A stretch of 64,000 nt of DNA. It comes from Squalus acanthias (taxonomy: Eukaryota). Within the stretch, counting starts at the first letter, position 1, and each line of letters opens with the position of its first letter. The notes beneath the pieces are model-generated. The model saw only the letters and a list, made by a program, of their open reading frames with translations. It was not told the origin of the DNA and did no database searches. Below, piece by piece: positions 11,488 through 23,519 of the stretch. Position numbers and translations under genes: made by a program. The stretch is from NCBI GenBank assembly GCA_030390025.1, contig CM059432.1, forward strand, positions 89,096,001 through 89,160,000, written 5' to 3'.

Positions 11488-14400
11488 GGGCTCGATTTTG
11501 CCAGGCCTGTGGAGGCGGGTTTGGAGGCGTCGGGTATTAAAATCACAAAAAATGGCGGGCGGCTCCGATTCCGTCTCCATCCCGCCTCTGAGCAATTTTC
11601 CCAGAATCGGGGTTTCAGACCCCGTTTCCATCCCGCCTCTTGGGCCCTTAAGGCCCTTAACAACCAGTTAATTGCCTCTATAATCCAATTGAGAGGGCTT
11701 TCTGATTTTTAGACATTTCCCCCATTCTACACGCTTCCTCTGGAACACGCCAGGTAATCCTGGCGGCCTCACAAGTGGATTGCTTAGTAACAGCTGCAGT
11801 GCCACCATTAAAAAGGAGTTTTCAGCAATCATAATTTGCAGGTGGCAGAACTTTGTTGTCTCAGGTCTGGGGGAACTTTAGCAGGCCTATTCATTGTTGT
11901 GGAAGTTCCCCTCCTGGGAAACCCCGCTCCCCACCTTGACTGAGCGCTTCCTCAACTGAGGTATATAGCAGAAGCATGGGAACCATTTATTTCCTTTCCT
12001 CCTGGACATCAGATTTGGACGAAGACCAGCCGCGGTAGCAGCAGAACCCTGAACAACAGCACCACCAACAGCAGGAGCTACAACAGGAGCGCCAAGCTGC
12101 TGCTCACCCACCTGAAGCTGCACAGGCCAGAAGGCGCCAGCGCACGACCACATTGCTGCCCGGGATGCAAGGGACGCACTCATGTTGGCCAGATTTGCTT
12201 AGCCTGCACAATCAAACACTTTTGTCTCGCACCTTCTTACCAGAGCATCGACAATGGACAAGAACCTGGGATTCCTATCGCTCTGAGCACCATACTGAAA
12301 ATTGCAAGTCGCCCTAAGCCCTCAATGTGAAAGTTCCATTTGCGAAATGACACAGGCCACAACTTCAACAGTTTGCCATCAAATCTGTTTATGATACCAT
12401 GACAAGGATGGCTGGTCCAAATACAATACATCACAGCACCCAAGTGACTACCCTTGTGACTACTTGTGCATTATTTTCCTCTTATGCGTGCTCCTACGTG
12501 GTGCTTCCCCTGTGGCTTCAGCAGATGTGGAGGCCCCTTGCTCACTTTCTTGCTGCTCCTGTGGGGTTGCGAACCTGTGAGGGCTCGGCAACAATCTGCT
12601 GCTCCTGCGGCTGTGCAGGGGCTGAGACGCTCATCTCAGTTGGGTGAGGACTCTGGTGGGGCTCTGACCAAGGGCTTTGCAGTGGCATGATCGTGTGAGC
12701 ACTTGGAGAAGAGACCCCACTTCCTTGTTGTCTGACACCAACATCCCTCTCATGGGTCAGCTCCACTTAAGAGCCTGCAAGTGGCTTGACAGTACCTTGC
12801 TGCACTTCAGGGGGGCCATGAGGACCCATTTCTGCACTGGAAGTCCTACTCCAGAGGACTTCCATGAAGGTCTGGTTTCTATGCTCAATAGCTGACCATC
12901 GCTCCTCAAGAGATGTCATTCTAATCTGAACAATGACCATGTTTTCAAGACCCTGGCGACTAAGCTTCTCATTGCCATAGCAATCCTCTCCTCTACTGTA
13001 GCCATCCTCTCCTCTACCGTAGCCAGCCTTACCATGGAGTTAGCCAGCCTTACCATGGAGTTAGCCATCCTTTCCACGGAGGTGTGCCATCCTTTCCGTG
13101 GTGATGCGTTCATGTGCCAATGCTTCCACAAAGTCTCTGCTCATGTTCGCGATGGACTCCTCCATTCACTCCACACTCGCAGTGACACTGGAGACAAAAC
13201 CTGCCAGAGACTCCTGCACCTGTTCCTAGAGTTCCAGCACCGCTCTCCTTCTAGATGGACCCGGAGGCACAGGGTCGACATGCAGCTGAGCCGAGCTGGC
13301 AGAGTCCTGCGCCCTCCGACGAGGACTCTCCACTGCTGTCCCTGTCTCCACCATCTGCTGATGCTCACTTGTGAGCTGTGATACACCAGGTGCCAGCACT
13401 GCTCTGTCTTGCGAAGGTTCCACCGAGGTGTGAGTGTCTGCGCTGGTGCTGGGTGCGCTGAATTCTGCTCACGCTACGCCATCAGAGGTTGCAGCTTCCT
13501 CTAAGGTGTCTGGAAGCTCAGGCTGTTCCTCCTGGACAGTGGGGACGGGGGCTTTCGATGGTCCTGTGGGGGAGTAAAGGAAAGTGTCAGAGATGTGAGG
13601 TCAAGGTTACATGCACATTGAATAGTGCAGATGATCATAAGTCAATCTGTTAGAGCATCAGATTCATTATCAGTGACTCATGCAATGTCAATGAGAGAGC
13701 TGCCAAACTATTCTGTCACCAGCTTGCTGTGATGCGTCTGTCTGTCCGTCCCCCACTTGGGAATCCTCCTCGATCCTGGCGATTTCAAGGGCCGCCGCCT
13801 CCCAGGAGTTGAGCTGGGCTACTGAGGGTGGCCCTCCTCCTGTCATGGCTCTTTCCCTCTTATTGTGGGCTCTCTTTTCCTGCAATGAGGGACACAGGTG
13901 GTGTTTGAGTGAGATGCTTAGAAGGAGACAAAGTTGTTGTTGTTGTTGCATCACAGTGATAGGGAGTGTGAGGGCTAAATGGTAGAATAGTTAAGTGAAT
14001 GTGACCATAGAGAGAGAGGGAATGGGTAAGGGTGCAGGGATGTAAGTATCAAGTGGGATGTGGAGGAAGAGGTTAGCAAAGCAGAGTGCTGGTGGTGAGA
14101 GGCGATGAGGATCAGATTGAGGGAGATGGGAAAGTCATACTCACTTTTCCTGTGCGGAGAAGGTCATGAAACTTCTTCCTGCACTGCAGCCAGGTTCTGC
14201 GGCTCATCGGTATGGAGTTGACCTCCTGGGCCACTTGCAGCCACACAGCCTTAGTCTGCTGGGGTGGCTTTTTCCTCCCTGAGGAAGGGAAAAGCACCTC
14301 CTTATTCGAATCTTGCTCCCTCCAGCAGAGCTTGGAGGGTGGGCTCATCAAAGCGTGGAGCACACTTTTGCCTGCTGGTGGACATAGTCGATCAATGAAT

Positions 14401-14665
14401 TCCTTACTACAATCATGATAAGGTTTGCAGTCTCCAGAAGAAGCAAGGCTGCTTGCAGGCCTTAAATCCAGCAGCATTTATGACGTCATCGGAGGCATCT
14501 TTCTGTATGAAAAGACTCATTGGGTCAGGGGTTCCCACACGCTGGAAATCAATTGCCCAATTAAGGGAAAATCGCACTTTTTCCCCACTTCACTTCAGAG
14601 TCGGGGTCCTGACACGAATGCCACCTGACACGCCCCAGCCCGCCCACACTGGCAAAATCGAGCCC
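11488..14665. mobile_element. Harbinger element with deleted transposase and retained Myb/SANT gene
   Basis: Perfect TIR GGGCTCGATTTTGCCAG; transposase N-terminus fused to C-terminus (11977-12200); TSD ambiguous (TAC/GTA). Confidence 0.85.
12471..14385 (-). pseudogene. Harbinger Myb/SANT DNA-binding protein gene, 3 exons, frameshifted
   Basis: Exon 1 ...VWLQVAQEVNS...RTWLQCRKKFHDLLRTGK|GTGAGT (donor at 14144); exon 2 EKRAHNKRERAMTGGGPP; long low-complexity exon 3. Confidence 0.75.
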
Positions 14666-15154
14666 GTATGTCTTTAGAACCTTATCTGCATGGGAAAGAG
14701 GCCTACCGCCTGTTTCAGGCAGGTGCTTCAGCCGTCCAGTGGTAGGCCTCTGTGCCCAATTGTCAGGGTTAATGAGGCGGTAAGGCTACAAAGCCCATTG
14801 TTCGCCCCTTACTGCCTTATTAGCACCAATTTTCCCAAGTGAAAATCGGCTCCATTGAGTGGGCAAAGTTATGGCAGATGGAACTCAATGTCGGGAAGTG
14901 TAAGGTCATCCACTTCGAGAAAGACAAATTGGAATACTTTCTTAATCATGTAAGACTGGGAGCTGTGGAGAAGCAATAAGATTTGTTTGGTGTCCATGTG
15001 CACAGATCACTAAAAGCTAGTATAAAAAGTAATCAAAAAGCCCTTCATCTCAAGGAGGTTGGAATACAAAAGTGAGGAAGTGATGCTTCTGTTATACAGA
15101 GCCTGGGCCAGAACCCATCTGGACTACTGCCTTCAGTTTAGGGCACTGTATTAT

Positions 15155-16030
15155 GGGGGGAATTTTTCCAGCACTCAGGGGGTGGGTTTGGAGGCGGGAC
15201 CGGTGGCAAAATTGCAAAGATTGACAGCGGGTCCCGAACCCGCTGTCAAGCCGCCTCCAATCAATCTTCCCAGGTGTTGGGTCCCCGATTTGCGCATGGA
15301 CCCGACACCTAGCGGCAGGAAGAGGATTATAGCCACTTAACTGCTTGCTAACAAGTTGTTAACAGGCAGTTAAGAGGCTTTTTCCAATTTTGACATTTCT
15401 ACTGCGGGCTTCCCGACGTCCAGGCACCATGCCAGAGTAAGTGTGGCGTGCTGTGGGTCTACTGTAATGTTTCTTCATTGATGACAGCTGCAGAAGTGGT
15501 ATGAAGGATCCAATGGTACACTGGTGAGTTTCAGAGGTAAGATAATGTTGGGGAAATCATTTTAATGCATTTAGACTTTTCTGTAGGTAACAAGTTTTGA
15601 AGTGTTTGTATAGTCCCATCTCATTGGGAGAACCTCTCTCACCAGTGGTAGATCGCTTCTGTAATCTCACCTGCAGCTGCCATCTGTTCTAGCCTAAGGA
15701 GGGAGTCACTGGAGAGCCTTGGTGCAAGGGTTCACCTTTGTGCAGTGATTGTCAGTGTTTGCAGCAGCTCAATGCTGTCAAACATTGAAAAATTACCTGT
15801 CAAAAAAATTGTGCGTGGCCCCTTTAAGAAAACCATCAGATGACACGTCATCAACTGACGTCATCTGACACCGGCTTCCTCTTAATTGGCCGGCAAGCCT
15901 GCAGGGCGGGCTTAACAAGGCCAATTGACACAAAATAGCATCTGTGCATTGGACGTCATTGGGGGCGGGATCGGAACCTGGAAGGCAGCTGTCCCGCCCC
16001 CAAGCCACAACGAAAGGTAAAATCCAGCCC
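15155..16030. mobile_element. Harbinger-like MITE in CR1
   Basis: Ends GGGGGGAATTTT...AAAATCCAGCCC; subterminal motifs shared with 9347-10190. Confidence 0.7.
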
Positions 16031-16511
16031 ATATTGTCCGTAGAGGTGATACAGCACAGATTCATCAGAATGGTACCAGGGCTCAAAGGGTTAAATTATG
16101 AGGACAGATTGCATGAACTTAGCTTGTATTCCCTTGAGTTCAGAAGGTAGAGGGGTGATCTAATCGAGGTGTTCAAAATGATAAAGGGATTCGATAGGGT
16201 AGATCCAAATAATCTATTTCCTCTGGTGGAGCAATCTTAAAATTAGAGCATGGACATTTAGGAGTGAAATCCGGCAGCACCTTTTCACACAAAGGGTAGT
16301 GGGAATTTGGATTACTCCCTCACTTCCTCCCCCCAACAGCGCCCCTTCCCCCCACACCGCCCCAGCAGACTGTGGGTGCTGGGGGCTGGGTTAATTGCAA
16401 TTTTCAACACTGGGATTGATAGTTTTTGTTAGGTAAAAATGTTAAGGGATATGGAGCAGAGGCGAGTAAATGGATTTGAGGTACAGAACATCCATGATCT
16501 AATTGAATGAT

Positions 16512-16873
16512 ATACCATCTACAAGATGCACTGCAGCAAGTCACCAAGGCTTCCTCGACAGCACCTCCCAAACCCGCGACCTCTACCACCTAGAAGGACA
16601 AGGGCAGCATGTGCATGGGAACACCATCACCTGCAAGTTCCCCTTCAAGTCACACACCATCCTGACTTGGAAATATATCGCCGTTCCTTCATCATCACTG
16701 GGTCAAAATCGTGGACTCCCTCCCTAACAGCACTATGGGAGTACCTTCACCATACGGACTGCAGCAGTTCAAGAAGGCAGCTCACCACCACCTTCTCAAG
16801 GGCAATTAGGGATGGGCAATAAATGCTGGCCTTGCCAGCAATGCCCACATCCCAGGAACGAATTTTAAAAAAA
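16512..16873 (+). mobile_element. 3' end of a second CR1-group LINE family
   Basis: Highly similar to 49115-49476; ends AATAAA...poly(A); inserted in a CR1 3' tail. Confidence 0.75.
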
Positions 16874-19059
16874 CAGACTTGCGGGGGTTAATAGCTTACT
16901 CCAGTTCCTATATTCGTATAACTTGTTCACACTCTTGTTACAATATAATGGATCTCAGTCTTGTTATTCTTTGCAATGGAGTTTATTCAGTCTCTACAGA
17001 TTTGCACTGCTATCACCTTTTCAACACCATTTTGATTTAATTATACATTCTGTCTAAACCATTTAATATTGTAAATGATTTTACAAATCTTTTTTCTACA
17101 TGCAAATGTTTTTATAGCATTCTCTATTGGTGAAAAAATATCTATATACATTATGTATAATAATTATATAATTTGCTTTTCACATAAAGTTTATTATCAA
17201 CCAGATTGAGTTACTGTCTATCATGTAGGCTTGAAATGAAATACTAAAATAAAGTCAGGGCACTATAGTAAATGAAATTTCATTAGGTTATGACACTTTT
17301 AATTATGAAAAGGCAAGCATTCAAGAGAAAGAGAGCCAGAACACTTTCAGAACAGAACAAAATGGACATGAAAAAAGACCTTGACATGTTTTTTTACGGT
17401 ATAGATAAACAAATCTTAGTTTGTTGATTGGTTGCTTTTCAAAGGTCACTCAGGGTTGAACTTCTAAATCTCATTAAGTTTCATGTAGGAGAAGGTCTTT
17501 TTCATTATTACAGTGCTGAAGTCTGTATCCCTGAAGCTAATTGCAAGGTACTGCTGCAGATTTCTAATTGTTTGCCATCAAAATAGCTGTGTAAGCTTGA
17601 TTAACAGTGTTCAGCAACATTCATAATAGTCCTAGCCTGTTCCTGCATAAAATAGAAACTGGGGGGAAAAAATCAATAAGATTTAATAAGATCAGGAACA
17701 ATCACTTACAATAGTACATCAATCACACAAAGTAATAGCTGCAGGATTTGATAGGGTCCTGAACTGCCTGAGAGATTCATAACCGGTACTCGTTAATGAT
17801 TTGTTCATTTGCATTTTATCAATCCAGCAGGAGCTGACAAGCAGAAGGGGCAATTAGGTAATGTGTTTGCTTAAACTCGTCAAATTCTGCAATTAAAAGC
17901 AAAACAGGCAACACCAAACAGTTTGTCAGTTAGTTACTAGCAACAATTTGAATAATGTCCAGAAGGTATGTTACCAAACATACTGCATTTTAGCTGATTT
18001 CAGTTTGTTACACCATGTAAATGCTAACGTGCTCTTTCTGCAGAAAGTAAAAATAGAAACCCTTATAAGCAAAGAACACCATTAAAATGTCATTGTACTT
18101 TTAGGTACATATATCCACGCTTCTCTGGTTTTGTTTTTCCACTTTCCGAATGAACTGCTGGGCATCATTTAGTTACAGTTTAAAATAATATACATATATA
18201 TTAACTGCAGTTGTGAACTACTGCAGCAGACAATTGCTTCTTGTCACTTAAGTGACCTTAGCAGGTACTAAAATACCTGAAGGCACCAAATATAACCAAA
18301 ATGCAGTCAATATTTGTTTTATTATATATTTAAGCAAACTTTAAAAAAAAATGTGAAATCCTTTCATACATTTTGAGAAAACCGTGCTCTATAACATCAG
18401 TAATCTCTCTTCCAATGTTCACTGACATCACTCGCAGATTATGCCAACTGATAGCAAATACTGTAGTGCACAACAATGAGGAGCATAGAAACGGGCATTT
18501 ACAGGAGGCCATTCAGCCCATCAGGTCTGGGCAAGATCTAGCTTCTCATAAATCCAACTTCTCAATGGTCAGATATACATTAGTCAATAATTACTAGCAG
18601 ACAATCTGGGGCCTGCTCACCCCCATGTCTGACTGTGAAAATCTACCTTTCATGGAGGGAAAATAGAGCCAATCAAAATATAAACTTGCTGCCATTGCCA
18701 AGCCATTCTAACCAAACATAATCCATTAACGAAAACTTCATTGTCTTTGTGGAAGTAGTGGGGAGAGTTTTTTCTGTCTTGTTGGGTATTTAAAAAATAA
18801 CACTTTTTCAGCTAATTGCCTGACAACGCAAAAACAATATAGGTTAGAGGTCATTCAAAGCAACGCCACGACGCACTATAGTGCAAACTTATTTTTGCAT
18901 TTTCTCAGGGGTTGCTCGCAGCAGTGCCCAGAAGACTCATCTTCGATTATAGGAGACTCTCAGGACAATCCAGGACGATTGGCAACCCTCCCCTGGCATC
19001 ATCCTGATGAATCTATGTTGCACACTTCCTATAACTTTAATGTCCTTTCTATAATGGGG

Positions 19060-20050
19060 CGCCCAAAACGGCTCACAGTGCTATAATTGCAGGCTAACCT
19101 ATGTTTTGTATGAAGTTATCAATATTTCTTTACACTTGTAGTCTATGCTACTACATATAAAATCCAAAATTCTATTGGATATTTTTACGCTTTTATCTAC
19201 CTGCACTCATGGAATTATGTAGTTGCGTCCCTAGGTCTCCTTTATCACACCCTTCAGTGTCTCTCTTGATAAAATGTATACTCCCATTCCTTAGGATAGA
19301 TAGTCCCGATGGGTGGCCTGATCCATTTTGATGCTGGGCCTCATTCGCAAACTGCCAGCAGGTTGCAGGTGGAAGATGAGCACTCCCGGGGCAGCCTGCC
19401 AGCCCTGGGCTCCCGCGATACCAGACAGCCTGGCCAGCTGCTGGGCTGGAAGAAGGCTGGTCCATGGATGCGCAGGTTCATTTTATGGGATGGGCGGACC
19501 CGGTCTTCCCGAAACCTTTTGCAGTCCTCATTGCTTCCTACATTTGTGTCATTGGAAAATTTTGTGATTGCGTTCCCTGTACTCAAATCCCAAGAACAAA
19601 AGTGGAACCAATATTAACCCCTGGTGTACATCATTTCCAACCCTCTCCATTCTGAGGAACACCCATTTACCCTAACTCATTGTTTCCTATCCATCAAACA
19701 ACATTCTATCCATGCTGCTATATAATGCTTTTTATATACTACATTGACTGCACTCCCTTTATTCAATAGGTCAATTCTTCAAAAAACCCAATTAAACTTG
19801 CCTTTAACAAATCGAAGCTGTCTGTCCTTGTTTAACAAATACATATTTAAGGAGGATTGAAAGATTGTGGCCATAGCCTCTGCTATCTCCTGTCTGGCTT
19901 GTTTCAATAGTCTAGGGTGTATGCCATCAAGGGCTGGTGACTTATCCACCTTCAGTTCTGCTAACTCTTTCAAAATCAATTCTTTTTCTTCAGTTAGCTC
20001 TATCAATTGTTCCATATCCTCCTGTTGTGCACTTGTGCTTTCATTTGAAC
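19060..20050 (-). mobile_element. Degenerate CR1 LINE fragments
   Basis: LKVDKSPALDGIHPRLLKQ...IFQSSL on the minus strand. Confidence 0.7.
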
Positions 20051-20541
20051 CAGTTATTTTGTTGCCTGGCAGCAGAAACATTAGGGGGGTGGGGGGGGGG
20101 GGCAGGTGGAATTTTAACAAGAGTGTGGGTTTGGGTGCAGGTAGGAGGTGAAATCCAGGAAAAATGCGAGCGCGTTGGGAAGCCGGCTCCAACCCGCCGA
20201 CTACCGCATTTAACTGCAGTGATTTAGGCTGCGTGCGAGCAACCTCCTCGGGAGAAGCAGGTTGTCAATTTCAATATGTTAATCACTCAATTAGAGTGAG
20301 AATAACATGGGTTTTGCACTTTAACATTAGCTCCACAGGTTTCCCAGGCTTCTGGAGCTCGCCAGTGAAAGCAAGGTGAGAAGAAATTGGCAATTGAGGG
20401 GGATGAAGACATGACAATAAGTACTGAGTACTCATGCTGCTTTCTTACCTGCTTGTGTGAAAGGGTTTGTTCACAGTACTTGTGCTGAGAGGTTACTTTA
20501 CACAATTTGGAGGTTACTTTATATACTTTGGAGGTGTCATA

Positions 20542-21292
20542 GGGGGAAAAATTGAGTCGCGCCACCTTTGGGGCTAACTTCGCCAGGGCGCTACTTTGAG
20601 CGCCCCTGCGGCCTGAAATTCATTGGTAGCGCCCCAAGAGGGAAGCGGGGCGCTACTGGAAGCGCCCCACCTCCCTCTTGGGGTGCTGTGAGGAAATATC
20701 GCGGCGCGACGTGCCGCAGCGCCAAGCGCCGCGGCATGTCGCACCGCGGTACTGCAGGCCATCCTCCCCTTCTTAAAGGGGAGGGGCCTTGCGCAGCGCG
20801 ACCCGGGGCCCAGCTGGGTCACCAGGGATCGGAGTGCCGGCAAAAGAGCCGGGCACGCAAGAAGGGCCGGGCTCATGGAGCGAAGCCGGCACTCCGCGGG
20901 GGGGCTGGTCAGGAGGCCGGGAACGGCAGAGGGGGCAGGTGCTGGCAGGCGGCCAGCAACAAAAATGGCCGCCCGGCACTTCTTCTTTAATTAATGCCGC
21001 CCCGGCTGCAGGTAGGCCCCCCTGACGCCGTCGGACATAGCGTCCGGTGGTAAGTCAGAGGGCGCTACCGAAGATCGCGGCTGGGGCGTGAGCGGGGCGC
21101 TGCGCACAGTGATGATGTCATCGCCGGCGGAGCAGCACCACAGAATGCTAACGGTTACCGTCGCCGCTAACCTCCCACTGAATTTCACGGGAGGCATTGG
21201 CGGCGCCGCACCCGGGTGCTAGTTGCTTTGCGCCCCGTTAGTGTCCTCTAAGGGCGCTAACGGGAGGCGCAAAGCAACCAAATCTTTAGGCC
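20542..21292. mobile_element. CpG-rich Harbinger MITE
   Basis: Ends GGGGGAAAAATT...AATCTTTAGGCC; TSD ATA/ATA. Confidence 0.75.
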
Positions 21293-21592
21293 ATAGAGTC
21301 ATAACGGCACAGAAGGAGGCCATTCGGCCCATCGAGTCCGTGCCGGCTCTCTGCAGAGCAATCCAGTCAGTCCCATTCCCCCGCTCTATCCCCGTAGCCC
21401 TGCAAGTTTATTTCCCTCAAGTGACTATCCAGTCTTGACTTCAAAACATTGAGGCCTAAAAATTTGGTCTTGGGGCGCTGTGAGGGAACGTCCCAAAGGG
21501 GGTGCGACTCAATTTTTCCCCGAGTGTCTCTGCTTCCACCACTTCTGTCAGCAGCGAATTCCAGGTCATAACCACTCGCTGCGTAAAAAAGT
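21293..21592 (-). mobile_element. CR1 3' tail fragment containing a ~68-bp mini-MITE
   Basis: CATAGAGT tail and GGAGGCCATTCGGCCCATCGAG motif typical of CR1 3' ends. Confidence 0.65.
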
Positions 21593-21666
21593 TTTCATTT
21601 TTCATCTACACTTTGGATATTTGGAGGTCTGATCTGCACTTTGGAGCACTGATTTATCAGATCAGC

Positions 21667-23192
21667 ATGGGTGCTGCTTACGCTGTGTTACTTTGGACCT
21701 CAGATGAGGAACAAGATGACCACAAGCAGCAACAGAAGCAGCAGGACCTGCACCAGCAACACCAGCAGCACCAGCAGCAGTAGGACCTGCACCAGCAACA
21801 CCAGCAGCACCAGCAGCAGTATGACCTGCACCAGCAGCAGCCTGCTGGACACAGCCTGTAACTCCACAGGAGAGAGGTGCAGCTTTCAGGAGGCCATACC
21901 CAGTACACAGGGTCTACAGCAATGGTCCTTTTAACCTGCGTGGCCGTGCGGCCATGCAGTGCTCCAGGGGTCCCGCGCAGCACTCCAGGGGTCCCGCGCA
22001 GCACTCCAGGGGTCCCGCGCAGCACTCCAGGGGTCCCAAGCAGCCAATGAGCCGGCTCTTAAATTGAAAAAAATGGGCATGCACAGAATTTTGAATGGGC
22101 TGTGCAGCCCGTTAAAGGGGCCGCATGGCCCCCAAAAAATTACCGGCAACATTGGTCTCCAGATAGAGGATGAGCTTCCTCGACATGTCGGAACACCAGT
22201 GTCTCAGGAGGTTCAGGGTGTCACGTCAGGTGGTGGCAGACATTTGCAGCCTGTTGGAACAAGACCTGCTGCCAGCTGGACCTGGTGGCCACACTATACC
22301 AGTGGTTGTCAAAATCACCACCACCCTCAATATTTTTGCCTCTGGATCCTTCTAGGGCTCTGCCAGAGACATTTGCAGGATCTTGCAGTCGGCGGTACAC
22401 AAATGCATGAGACAGGTGGCTGATGGCTTCTTTGCCAGGGCAAGCAATCATGTGAACTTTGCCTGTGATGAAGCCAGTCGGAATGAGCGGGTGCTTGCGT
22501 TTGCGGCTGTGGCTGGCTTTCCACAGGTGCAGGACATCATCAACTGCACACAGGTGGCAATTAAGGCACCCTTAGATCACCCAGGAGTGTAGATCACCCA
22601 CAAGGGCTTCCACTCCATCGATGTGCAGCTGTTGTGCAACCACAAAAAGATCTTTATGCAGGTGTGCACAAGATTCCTGGGCAGCTGCCATGATGCTTTT
22701 ATCCTGCAGCAGTCCACCCTCCCTGATCACTTCGCACCTCAAAGCAGAGTTATCGGCTGGCTGCTCGGAGACAAGGGATATCCACTTAAAATGTGGCTGA
22801 TGACACCTCTCAGAAACCTAAGGAATGAGGCCCAGGAGTGATACAATCAATGCCATATCATCATCAGATGTGTCATCGAACAAGCCATCGGCATGCTGAA
22901 GATGCGCTTCAGGTGCCTGGACAGATCTGGAGGCGCCCTTTAGTACGCACTAGCCAGGGTCTCCAGAATGGTTGTGTTGTGCTGCACTCTGCACAATATT
23001 GCGCAGCAACGAGGTTTGGACCTGCAGGAGGAAAAAGGTACAGAGCACAGAACCTCTTCAGACGATTCCGAGGAGAAGGAGGAAGACGAGAAGGAGGGGG
23101 AGGAGGAGGAGGTTGAAGGTGATGGGGGCAATGCACCACCAGTGGTCCACATTGCTGTCCGGGATGCCCTAATTATTGTGAGGTTCACTTAG
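21667..23192 (+). pseudogene. Harbinger (HARBI1-like) DDE transposase with several stops
   Basis: Motifs GFPQVQDIINCTQV, KGFHS, GSCHDAFIL, WLLGDKGYPL..WLMTPL, IEQAIGMLKMRFRCL, CCTLHNIA, then an acidic tail. Confidence 0.9.
21920..22154. mobile_element. hAT-type MITE with internal 21-bp tandem repeat
   Basis: Ends CAATGGTCC...GGCAACATTG; 8-bp TSD GTCTACAG/GTCTCCAG; about 4 copies of GCAGCACTCCAGGGGTCCCGC. Confidence 0.8.
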
Positions 23193-23519
23193 GTTCCACC
23201 AGTGCACCCATCTAACAACCACATGCAAAAGTCACTTTTGCCCACCATCCCCGCCCCGCCCCGATGCCACTAACACAGAGTAGTGCTGGAAACAACCAAG
23301 CCTTCCTTTCACAGCCCCCCATTGCTCGGCATCAATTAAAGCCTTCATATTCATCATCACACATATGAAAAGGCCACTTTCCAGCCAGCAACCAAGAATG
23401 GGCAAGATGGGAAAGTGGTGCAAAAGAATAATATTTATGTGTTTCAAATAGACAACAGAAACTTAATAATATAACAATGTCTAACACACCCATGTACATA
23501 CTCTTCTGAAAATACAAAT

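Larger units (their letters stand above)
11037..14853. mobile_element. Older Harbinger-like MITE (11037-11487 plus 14666-14853) split by a younger element
   Basis: Interrupts the CR1 between RT and 'EWAKLWQMELNVGKC'; ends ...GAAAATCGGCTCC; TIRs are degenerate. Confidence 0.5.
9045..16920 (+). mobile_element. Fragmented CR1 LINE ORF2 and 3' tail, interrupted by four insertions
   Basis: Collinear pieces at 9045-9346, 10191-11030 (DKSPG.GGFHPRVLKE; SQHGFVKGRSCL.NL; SGVPKGS), 14855-15154, 16031-16510 and 16875-16920. Confidence 0.85.

Noticed and set aside
21678..22025. Cys-rich metallothionein/keratin-like ORF
   Set aside because: It is the antisense reading of a CAG-rich tandem repeat in the transposase N-terminus plus the hAT MITE repeat.
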